Shown: in pieces, positions 10,301-16,955 of the stretch
Layout: every line of letters begins with the position of its first letter
Numbering within the stretch: the first letter of the stretch is position 1
DNA from: an uncultured Chroococcidiopsis sp.
GTDB lineage: Bacteria; Cyanobacteriota; Cyanobacteriia; Cyanobacteriales; Chroococcidiopsidaceae
Reading direction: 5' to 3'
Assembly: GCA_964248365.1 (NCBI GenBank)
Contig: CAXTYC010000056.1
Location: 1 to 20,593, forward strand
Length of the DNA: 20,593 nucleotides
Made by a program: the position numbers and the translations under genes
The notes under the pieces: generated by a model
Database searches by the model: none
Told to the model about the DNA's origin: nothing
The model's input: only the letters and a program-made list of their open reading frames with translations

Positions 10301-10343
10301 TAGCCTGGGAAAGTCTCCTTTGGGGCGATCCCCCGCTACGTGA
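4395..10343 (+). CDS. Iterative type I PKS/FAS subunit 1 (PfaA/ArsA-like): tandem FabK/nitronate-monooxygenase-like ER domains - KS - AT - ACP
   Basis: Two FMN TIM-barrel-like units (AKGHESGGWVG...YVQGGIG and IVQGPMTRVSD...FEGRECGGHVG...LFAGGIHD...GTAYL). KS with DAACASS (Cys codon 7053), EAHGTG and LGHTK. AT with FPGQGSQY, GNSYG and GAFH. One PfaA-type ACP, RTGYPIEML...LGIDSIKRVEIL (Ser codon 10110). Confidence 0.93.
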   Translation: MNSMNSFTCFSLSPIGIAHPGIAVATTRAGGVGLLDREFWSGGDDVAIANLDRLLELVKDTSSVGLRLRLDQIAESRGLLERLGDRPHWLILCGWEQQLLSRIALLPQSRSRRLLLEVTDVNSVLLDDRIDGLVAKGHESGGWVGEDSAFILTQKLLNIQPKPVYVQGGIGIHTVAACRAAGAAGVILDDQLLLMPESPIPDEWQPYLNQLNGTEAIAIGEKLNASCRVLSRPGFEVISRLQKLAEQIEVEHEASQAGTQQWKQQAKSLIGWDTPGVLAYPIGQAVGLAASYRDRYKTTGRLVQALLKASQSQIESAKTLRPLQPNAPLAVAHRTRYPIVQGPMTRVSDTAEFADAVSRAGALPMLALALLRGAQVRDLLYKTKELIGDKSWGIGILGFVPTELRAEQMQAVLEVKPPFALIAGGRPDQAAQLEAQGIASYIHVPTPGLLKMFLEAGAKRFVFEGRECGGHVGPLSSFMLWESAISTLLDQVPAKAADIHVLFAGGIHDARSAAMVSAMAAPLVERGMRIGVLMGTAYLFTKEAVDCGAIVDSFQKQAITCNSTINLETGPGHASRCVRTQFADEFYATRRRMLAAGNSAHEIKNVLEELNLGRLRVASKGLVRGADNQITAIDPEKQLTDGMYMIGQVATIRDKVCSIHSLHQDVSEKSSDLLEGIRNDLSLDAASTPNPQPLASSPSDIAIIGIGTLLPKATEPEIFWQNILASVNTITEIPPQRWDWRLYYDPDRNAKDKVYSKWGGFLDDVPFDPIRFGIPPKSLKSIEPLQLLTLEVVRRALADAGYESGNFDRENTSVILGAGGGVGDLGEQYATRSQIPRILDAPSAQVWERLPQWSEETFPGLLSNVLAGRVANRFDFGGSNFTVDAACASSLAAIDLAVRELESGRSNIAIAGGVDVGQSPFAYLCFSKTQAFSAQGKVRTFDKAADGIIISEGLAVVVLKRLEDAERDGDRIYGVIKAVASSSDGKALGLTAPLPAGQMRAFDRAYKKAGISPNTLGLYEAHGTGTVAGDRAELETIVKTLKANNSASKSCAIGSIKTTLGHTKSTAGAAALVKAVLSLHHKVLPPHSGVDNPLDAIADPESSVYLLKQARPWFAHPDYPRRCGVSAFGFGGTNFHAIVEEYRGEFKGEVLGADNWSCELVVLRSSNHEALAKDVNSLKQALDNGAEPRLPNLAYSYAKQANSSSNPHVCLSIVVESLQQLREALDSVLAHLKDRVALPPHIQLSTELISNSSPIAFLFPGQGSQYPNMACEVALYFKEMRKALEAADRQLGLPKLLSQFIYPPSAYSKADETRNSQQLTDTQIAQPAIGVVEAGYMDLLARLGLFADMVGGNSYGEYAALHNAGVLSRKDFFSISQTRGRVMSAACGEVEGAMAAVQATREELQAHLDGLENVVIANHNAPLQSVISGNKQAVQQVVDSLNSQGIVARMLPVAGAFHCAMLASAQKPLADAIAAVKMYSPKIPVYSNSSARPYDCDIDQIRTQLSQHLLSPVEFVEQIKCMYSDGARIFVEVGPKSTLTKLVDQILAGKEHTAVSLDGQGGGLRGLLLALGTMITRGVNIRLTALFEGRNVRQLDLSRLVQNTRKPELPRTAWLVNGGSARPQEKEGESGRGKEEEKFSSKIQNPKSKIQNPPAPSPQPLAPHNSRTNGFTSDLHQQTGNSLKPAPTSTGGLTKDLHQQTGNSIEPAPTNVRRSQTPATPAMTYQPTQPQVLSNNHTSSPEVALVAYQAYQETMRQFLALQEQVMMQFLNVTSSRQIIPPPPTITAIAATTAPQISPDNGKRNGNGNGAVMPAVQPPTPPAIPPSPSIPTPQLEIGSGESGRVGEWENGSNSPRTVVTSSAPSAPQGDRATLTQTLLELVSDRTGYPIEMLGLDQDMEAELGIDSIKRVEILGAVVKSLPQNLSASVQEQMDSFTQAKTLNGIVAELLQVINKEAPPASPAFSTQEDISLGKSPLGRSPAT
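9394..9523. repeat. Two tandem 64-bp palindrome-ended elements inserted in frame in the PKS1 AT-ACP linker
   Basis: Units at 9394-9457 and 9460-9523 (period 66 nt = 22 aa) share AGATCTTCATCAACAAACGGGTAATTCT. Unit ends are GTAC(GGG)CGGGTT and AACCCGCCCCTAC. Confidence 0.85.
10291..10333 (+). promoter_or_regulatory. Candidate -1 programmed ribosomal frameshift signal between PKS1 and KR
   Basis: SD-like AGGAGG at 10291-10296. Slippery heptamer G_GGA_AAG at 10307-10313, in the PKS1 phase. Hairpin GGGG-CGAT-CCCC at 10322-10333. The KR frame is -1 relative to PKS1 and is open from 10304. Confidence 0.7.
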
Positions 10344-11866
10344 TGCAAGCGCGATCGCAACCTTTGCCTGAATGTGAGTCGATCTCCCCTACTGGTTTAT
10401 TCCTGATTACTGAAGACCAATTATCAGTAGCAAGCTACGTTGCCCAAGCATTGCAGCAAAGGGGAGCCGTCACAGCAATTATATCGGGATCTAGCCTACT
10501 CGATCCCGAACAGATGGCAAGAGAAATTGCCTATGCGCGTCAACACTATGGATCTGTTGTTGGAATCGTACACTTAGCACCGCTTGCCAGCGCGCCTAAT
10601 TTAGAAAATTTAGCCCAGTGGCGCAAATATACTCAAATTCAGTTAAAAAGCTTGTTTGGAATGTTGCAGCTGTGTGCTGCCGATTTGCAACAAGTCGGTC
10701 GGGTTGTGGCTGCTTCTCTACTAGGGGGAAATTTTGGACGGGATCGCCACCTTCAACCTGGGCTACCAATTGGTGGCGGTTGTAATGGTTTACTCAAAGC
10801 AATGGCGATCGAGTGGTCGAATGTTCGTGCTAAGGCGATCGATTTTGACAATAGCCTGTCCCCCGCTGACATGGCACAACACATTATCAACGAGCTACTT
10901 TGCTCTAAAGGGCGGATAGAAGTTGGTTATATCCAAGGAAAGCGCACAGTTTTCGATACAGTCGAAGCACCTTTCAAAGCACCTATATCACAAAGTGAGC
11001 CAAATGTCAACTGGGTAGTTATGATTACTGGAGGGGCGAGGGGAATTACTGCCCAAATTGCTCATGAACTTGTAATCCCAGGCATGACAATGATAGTTGT
11101 AGGGCGATCGCCTCTACCACAGCCAGATCCCCAGTTCGACGGCATTGAAGATATTGCCGTATTGCGTAGAATGTTACTAGATCGTGCAAAGGCACAAGGT
11201 TTGTCACCTACACCAGTGCAGATTGAAAGCAAACTAGGGGAATTACTACGCGATCGCGCGATTTGCCACAACCTGGAAAATCTGGAAAAAGCAGGCGCGA
11301 TCGTTGAATACCACTGTATAGATGTTAGACAGCAGGAATTTGGCGAATTAATCGATAGTATTTATTCTCGCTACGGTCGTTTGGATGCAGTCATACATGG
11401 CGCTGGCATTATCGAAGATAAGCTGATAGTCAACAAAAGTCCAGCATCCTTCGACTCGGTATTTGATACCAAAGTAGATAGTACCTTCATTCTCAGCCGC
11501 TATTTACGACCCGAATCCTTAAAATTGCTTGTCTTGTTCGGTTCCGTTGCAGGTCGCTATGGTAATCGCGGACAATCGGACTACGCCGCCGCTAACGAAA
11601 CAATCAACCGTCTAGCATGGCAAATGGACAACCGTTGGTCAAATACACGAGTTGTGACAATTAACTGGGGTCCTTGGGATGTCGTCGGTATGGCTTCCGA
11701 TGACGTAAAACGCCAGTTAAAAGATCGTGGCATCATTCCCATCGATCCCCAAGCTGGTAGCCAGTTTTTTATGGATGAACTGCGATATGGACGCAAAGGC
11801 GAAACAGAAGTAATTGCAGGACAAGGGCTATGGTCAATATATGAAGATCTATACAGCAGCCGCTAA
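10340..11866 (+). CDS. PKS ketoreductase (structural plus catalytic KR subdomains); possibly translated as the C-terminus of PKS1
   Basis: NAD(P)H motif ITGGARGIT, then HGAGIIEDK, TKV, catalytic GQSDYAAAN and INWGPW. The GTG start overlaps the PKS1 TGA, but the frame is open 12 codons further upstream (from 10304). Confidence 0.92.
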   Translation: MMQARSQPLPECESISPTGLFLITEDQLSVASYVAQALQQRGAVTAIISGSSLLDPEQMAREIAYARQHYGSVVGIVHLAPLASAPNLENLAQWRKYTQIQLKSLFGMLQLCAADLQQVGRVVAASLLGGNFGRDRHLQPGLPIGGGCNGLLKAMAIEWSNVRAKAIDFDNSLSPADMAQHIINELLCSKGRIEVGYIQGKRTVFDTVEAPFKAPISQSEPNVNWVVMITGGARGITAQIAHELVIPGMTMIVVGRSPLPQPDPQFDGIEDIAVLRRMLLDRAKAQGLSPTPVQIESKLGELLRDRAICHNLENLEKAGAIVEYHCIDVRQQEFGELIDSIYSRYGRLDAVIHGAGIIEDKLIVNKSPASFDSVFDTKVDSTFILSRYLRPESLKLLVLFGSVAGRYGNRGQSDYAAANETINRLAWQMDNRWSNTRVVTINWGPWDVVGMASDDVKRQLKDRGIIPIDPQAGSQFFMDELRYGRKGETEVIAGQGLWSIYEDLYSSR

Positions 11867-11958
11867 ACCATTACATTTAATCCTCTGTTTCTTCCTTAGC
11901 GTCCTTGGCGTCTTTGCGGTTCGTTTAAGAAAAGATTGCTATAGCCAATCCAAACACA

Positions 11959-12021
11959 GTACGGGCGGGTTTATCTGTCTACCTGTGTTCCCACCAAGAT
12001 AAGAGTTGAACCCGCCCCTAC
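11959..12021. repeat. Intergenic 63-bp element with the same palindromic ends as the PKS1 linker inserts
   Basis: GTACGGGCGGGTT-(N37)-AACCCGCCCCTAC. The ends are identical to those of 9460-9523 and the interior differs. Confidence 0.8.
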
Positions 12022-12037
12022 TAACTCCTGATAACTG

Positions 12038-15000
12038 ATGATTTCTCAAAGCTCACCCACCGACATCGCTATCGTTGGTATGTCTGCATTGTTCCCTGGA
12101 TGTAAAGACTTGTCTACCTACTGGCAAAACATCCTTAACAACGTAGATAACGTCCATGATGCACCAGATGATTGGGTCAGTCCCTACTTCAATTTGAATT
12201 CTAATGCAAGCGATCGCCTCTACACTCGTAAAGGTGGCTTTCTTAGGGATCTGGCACAATTCGATCCAATAGAATTTGGCATTATCCCAAATTCAGTCAA
12301 AGCAGGAGATCCAGACCACTTTCTAGCGTTGAAACTCGCAAAAGATGCCCTGCGAGATGCTGGCTATAGCGATCGCCCCTTCAACCGAGAAAAGACAGGC
12401 ATTATTCTTGGTCGTGGAAACCACATGAATCGTGGCGGTGTCGCGGCAGTGCAACAAAGCATTATACTCGATCAAACTCTGGAGTTGCTGCGCCAATTCT
12501 GCCCTGAGATGGATGCAGATACTTTAAGCAATATTGGCAAAGAACTCCAAGCCAGCCTACCGCCGTATAGTTCTGATTCCTTATTGGGGATAGTACCCAA
12601 TTTGCTGACTGGGCGCATCGCTAATCGCCTCAATTTGATGGGAACGAATTACATTGTCGATGCTGCTTGCGCTTCTTCGTTGATTGCAGTCGAACAAGCA
12701 GTCAAAGAACTAGTGGATGGACGCTGTGACATGATGCTAGCCGGAGGGGTACAAGCTTCTACACCCGCACAAATTTTCATGATGTTCTGTCAGCTGAATG
12801 CTTTGTCACGCAACAAAATTCGTCCTTTCGACGTGAATGCTGATGGAACGCTGCTAGCCGAAGGTTTGGGGATTTTGGTTTTAAAACGGCTGCGTGATGC
12901 TCAACAAGATGGCGATCGCATTTATGCAGTCTTGAAAGCATTGGGTAGCTCTAGTGACGGCAAAGCATTAGGATTACTAGCACCACGTTTAGAAGGTCAA
13001 GTACTGGCACTACAAAGAGTATACACAGACAATGGCATCGATTCGAACACCGTAGAACTGATTGAAGCTCACGGCACAGGTATGCCATTAGGAGACAAGA
13101 CGGAAATCCAATCTCTCACGCGGGTCTTTGGTCAGCGTCAAGGAAAGATCCCCCGGTGTGCATTGGGTTCTGTCAAATCAATGCTCGGTCACTGCATCCC
13201 AGCGGCGGGAATTGCAGGCATGATTAAAGCTGCCCTGGCATTATATCATAAAATATTGCCACCAACACTATGCGATCGCGTTAATCCAGCTTTAGAAATT
13301 GAAAAAACACCCTTTTATATCAATACCCAAGCACGACCTTGGATTCATGGTAATCGAGCAGTGCCACGCCGTGCAGGTGTAAATGCCTTTGGATTTGGTG
13401 GCATTAATGCCCATGCGTTATTGGAAGAGTATACCTTAGATCGAGATCCCAAGCTGCTGCACAAGCAATGGTCTACAGAACTTTTGATATTTACAGCAGA
13501 TGAGCGTCAAAACCTGATTGCTCTAGTCCAAAAAGTACAGCGAATTCTGAGTGCCGATGTCAATATTTCCCTGGCTAACCTAGCATACACTCTATCAAAC
13601 TTACCTTTTGGTACTCATCGTCTAGCGATCGTTGCTCAGGATGTTTCGGACTTACAAACAAAACTTCAGCTGGCGCAAGAAAAACTTACCAATCCTCAAT
13701 GCACTCAACTACAGATACCAACTGGCATTTACTACACAGATCCCAATCTAACAGCCGAAAGAGGTAAAACAGCCTTTCTATTTCCAGGTGAAGGGTCGCA
13801 ATATCCGAATATGCTGGCTGAGCTTTGCTTACACTTTCCTACAGTTAGAAAATGTTTTGACATTTTAGACGAACATTTTCCCGATAAAAGCGAGTATTTA
13901 CCTAGTAGCCTGATTTTCCCCCCGCCAACTTGCACAACAGAAGATGAACGGCATTTGCTCACAACACAGTTATATAGTATGAAGGTTGCTCCAGGGGTGT
14001 TGTTCTCAATCAACCTAGCATTGTACGAACTGCTAAGCGATTTGGGTATCGAGTGCGATGTCATGGTAGGTCACAGTTCTGGAGAACAAGCTGCTCTTGC
14101 AGCTGCGGGTATACTACGTCCAATCGAGCGGGAGCGACTATTAAAAAGACTGGAATATCTCAACTCTGTTTATAGTGATTTAGAACGGCAAGACAAAATC
14201 CCTAGAGGAGTGCTTCTATCAGTAGGTGGTATTGCTCCTGCTTTGATTAAACAGCTAGTTGACAACTCTTTTGGTCGTCTACATCTGGCAATGGATAATT
14301 GCCCGAATCAGGCTGTATTATTTGGTAGCGAAGATGATATTGACGCAGTTGTTACCCAGCTTAAAGCAGCTGGTGGCATCTGTACGCGCTTACCCTTTGA
14401 CCGTGCTTATCACACTTCGCTGTTTGCAGGAGTAGAAAAGGCAATCCGTCCTTATTATGATGGTTTGGATGTAGGTGAGGGTCATACTCCTGTTTATAGT
14501 TGTGTTACCTGTGAGGCTTTCCCCAGCGAAACCGAAGCTATCAGTGATTTGACTGTCAAAAGTATGTCTAGTCCGGTGCGCTTTCGGGAAACTATTGAAA
14601 AACTTTATGATTATGAGCAGGTAAGAACTTTTATTACGGTTGGACCGAGCGACGATTTGACTGCTTTCGTGGATGACATACTACGCGATCGCCATAAACT
14701 TGCACTATCTAGCAATAGTCAGCATAAATCGAGTTTGGCACAAATTCAACATCTGTTGGCTCAACTGTTTACGAGGGGAAAGTCAGTCAATATAACTTAC
14801 CTGTACAAGTATCGGGAACTGATTGGGATCGATTTAGATGCTGCTACCCCAATCAAAGTCAGTTCAGCCTCGCCTGTACTGGATCTGAGTATGCCAGTTA
14901 TGCGTCTAAAGCCAGATTTCGTAAAGTCTATAGTCGAGCAGAAGAGCTGGAAAGCTGGGGATCCTGGGGAGCTGGGGACAGTGTTAGATGGGGAGCGTGG

Positions 15001-16933
15001 GAGAATGGGAGAAACACTAACTCCGAATTCCGAATTCTCCTCTGCCCCTTGCGCCCCTTGCCCCTTGCGCCCCTTGCCCCTCTACTCCTCTGCCTCTTCG
15101 GTTAGTTTATCTGGTATTTCTGCCCACTTTGAATTGATGCAAGAGTTCCTTGCTAGTCAAGCACGGGTGACGACAACGCTATTCTCTGGTGCTGCTACTG
15201 ACAACAATGCCGAAGAATGGGAAACTAATTCGGACTATACATTTACTAGTGCAAATTGTCAAGCTCTCCCGACGCAGCCGCAAGCTTTGCCGCTTTTAGG
15301 CAATATTATTGAAAGAGATGCTCAGCACTTATATTGCGAGCGTCAATTCGATATAGAAAGAGATGTATTTCTGCATGACCATACTATGGGCGGTACTATT
15401 TCCCAGGGTCATCCAGAATTGTTACCGTTGCCCGTTATCCCGTTTACCATCAGTATGGAAATTATTGCCCAGGCTGCTGTAAGTCTAGTTGGGGGTAATA
15501 AGTGTGTTACTAGTCTCTATAATCTGCGCGGCTATCGCTGGTTAGCACTCGACTGTGGACAACTAAACTTGGGTATACTTGCTCGGTTGCAGGCAACAGA
15601 TGACCATTCAAGCGATGTTCATGTGCAATTGTTCCAGTTGTCTGACACCATGCAGGCTAACCGCTTTTTAGCATTTGAAGGATACGTTAAACTATCAGAT
15701 CGATTTACGCTTTCGCCCCTTGCTATGGCTTTTGAAGGAGGCAAGCCAAAGATAGCAAAACCTGCGGATGCAGATTTGTATGGTACAATCATGTTTCACG
15801 GACGGCGTTTTCAAGGTGTCAAACACTTACGCTCTTGTGGCGAACATGGTATCGAAGCTGATTTGCAGGCGATCGCTTATAATGACTTTTTCACCGATAT
15901 CGAGCAGCCTGTTTTTCAAATCGATCCTAGCCTACTTGATGCTGCTGGGCAATTAGTAGGTTTTTGGATAGCAGCCGATCCGCAAAAAGATTTCAGTGTC
16001 TTCCCATTTCAGGTACAATCTTTTCACCAATATCAGCCGCCCTTACCTGCTGGTAGTTTTGTACTGTGTCGCGGCTTAATACGCCACACCAACCAGCAAC
16101 AAACCGAGGCAAGTTTTGATTTTACCGATTCTTCAGGTCGTTTGATCGCTCGTCTAGAAGGGTGGCTAGATAAATACTTTAGTATCCCAACCAATTATTG
16201 GCAATGCCTTAAGTATCCACAAACCGCTTACTTATCCTCGCCTTGGATGCAAGCAGAAACCGGACTAGTGTGTCGCCGTATTCAACCGTTTTCACAGCAA
16301 TTTTTTGAGAGCGCTTGGGGCATTTTTAAGCGTATCCTTGCCCATTTGATACTAAATGCCCAAGAACGTGACTTTTGGTATAATTTACCCGAAAAAGGTT
16401 CGCGCCGTACTGATTGGCTGTTGGGACGTGCTGCGGCTAAAGATGCTGTACGCCAATGGGCAAACGAACACTATAACATAGAACTTGCACCCGTTGATAT
16501 TGAAATTATAACCACAACTTCGGGTAAACCTGTGGTGCGTTGTCCTGAAGGGGAGGCTATTGGTTCGCCTCCTGAGATCTCTATCAGCCACAGCAATGGT
16601 TATGTGGTTGCAGCTGTGGCAAAGCAAAACAAGCGTATAGGCATAGATGTAGAACAAATTGACTCTGTTCGTACCGATGATTTGCTTTACAGTGCTTTTA
16701 CCAAGCAAGAACGAGAATTAATTTCTCAACACAATCACCCAGCTACCATTGTTAGTTTTTGGTCTGCAAAAGAAGCCGCAGCCAAGGCGCTGGGTAAAGG
16801 GCTTGATAATCCTCATCAATGGTGCATTACTGAATATTCTACAGATGGCATCGTCGTGAGTCACTTAGGTGAGACTTTCGAGGTCAAACTTTGGTATCAA
16901 GATATGAAAGTTATAGCTATCTGTTTAATATAG
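12038..16933 (+). CDS. Type I PKS/FAS subunit 2: KS - AT - DH - C-terminal 4'-phosphopantetheinyl transferase
   Basis: KS with DAACASS (Cys codon 12668), EAHGTG and LGHCIP. AT with FPGEGSQY, GHSSG (Ser codon 14075) and RAYHT. DH with FLHDHTMGG...PVIP, MFHGRRFQ and LLDAAGQ. PPTase with WLLGRAAAK, SISHS, IGIDVE and FWSAKEAAAKALG. No ACP or TE seen. Confidence 0.92.
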   Translation: MISQSSPTDIAIVGMSALFPGCKDLSTYWQNILNNVDNVHDAPDDWVSPYFNLNSNASDRLYTRKGGFLRDLAQFDPIEFGIIPNSVKAGDPDHFLALKLAKDALRDAGYSDRPFNREKTGIILGRGNHMNRGGVAAVQQSIILDQTLELLRQFCPEMDADTLSNIGKELQASLPPYSSDSLLGIVPNLLTGRIANRLNLMGTNYIVDAACASSLIAVEQAVKELVDGRCDMMLAGGVQASTPAQIFMMFCQLNALSRNKIRPFDVNADGTLLAEGLGILVLKRLRDAQQDGDRIYAVLKALGSSSDGKALGLLAPRLEGQVLALQRVYTDNGIDSNTVELIEAHGTGMPLGDKTEIQSLTRVFGQRQGKIPRCALGSVKSMLGHCIPAAGIAGMIKAALALYHKILPPTLCDRVNPALEIEKTPFYINTQARPWIHGNRAVPRRAGVNAFGFGGINAHALLEEYTLDRDPKLLHKQWSTELLIFTADERQNLIALVQKVQRILSADVNISLANLAYTLSNLPFGTHRLAIVAQDVSDLQTKLQLAQEKLTNPQCTQLQIPTGIYYTDPNLTAERGKTAFLFPGEGSQYPNMLAELCLHFPTVRKCFDILDEHFPDKSEYLPSSLIFPPPTCTTEDERHLLTTQLYSMKVAPGVLFSINLALYELLSDLGIECDVMVGHSSGEQAALAAAGILRPIERERLLKRLEYLNSVYSDLERQDKIPRGVLLSVGGIAPALIKQLVDNSFGRLHLAMDNCPNQAVLFGSEDDIDAVVTQLKAAGGICTRLPFDRAYHTSLFAGVEKAIRPYYDGLDVGEGHTPVYSCVTCEAFPSETEAISDLTVKSMSSPVRFRETIEKLYDYEQVRTFITVGPSDDLTAFVDDILRDRHKLALSSNSQHKSSLAQIQHLLAQLFTRGKSVNITYLYKYRELIGIDLDAATPIKVSSASPVLDLSMPVMRLKPDFVKSIVEQKSWKAGDPGELGTVLDGERGRMGETLTPNSEFSSAPCAPCPLRPLPLYSSASSVSLSGISAHFELMQEFLASQARVTTTLFSGAATDNNAEEWETNSDYTFTSANCQALPTQPQALPLLGNIIERDAQHLYCERQFDIERDVFLHDHTMGGTISQGHPELLPLPVIPFTISMEIIAQAAVSLVGGNKCVTSLYNLRGYRWLALDCGQLNLGILARLQATDDHSSDVHVQLFQLSDTMQANRFLAFEGYVKLSDRFTLSPLAMAFEGGKPKIAKPADADLYGTIMFHGRRFQGVKHLRSCGEHGIEADLQAIAYNDFFTDIEQPVFQIDPSLLDAAGQLVGFWIAADPQKDFSVFPFQVQSFHQYQPPLPAGSFVLCRGLIRHTNQQQTEASFDFTDSSGRLIARLEGWLDKYFSIPTNYWQCLKYPQTAYLSSPWMQAETGLVCRRIQPFSQQFFESAWGIFKRILAHLILNAQERDFWYNLPEKGSRRTDWLLGRAAAKDAVRQWANEHYNIELAPVDIEIITTTSGKPVVRCPEGEAIGSPPEISISHSNGYVVAAVAKQNKRIGIDVEQIDSVRTDDLLYSAFTKQERELISQHNHPATIVSFWSAKEAAAKALGKGLDNPHQWCITEYSTDGIVVSHLGETFEVKLWYQDMKVIAICLI

Positions 16934-16955
16934 CTGCCGTAGAGGAACAAACTTT

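Noticed and set aside
14776..14782. Second in-phase G_GGA_AAG in PKS2, with the -1 frame open to a TAG at 15103-15105
   Set aside because: No upstream SD at a suitable distance, and the -1 product is a tail with no recognisable domain. Treated as a chance Arg-Gly-Lys codon run.
4395..16933. Naming the genes pfaA-D or hglE/hglB
   Set aside because: Domain order differs (N-terminal ER, single ACP, no chain-length factor, fused PPTase, no terminal reductase), so no gene symbol is justified.
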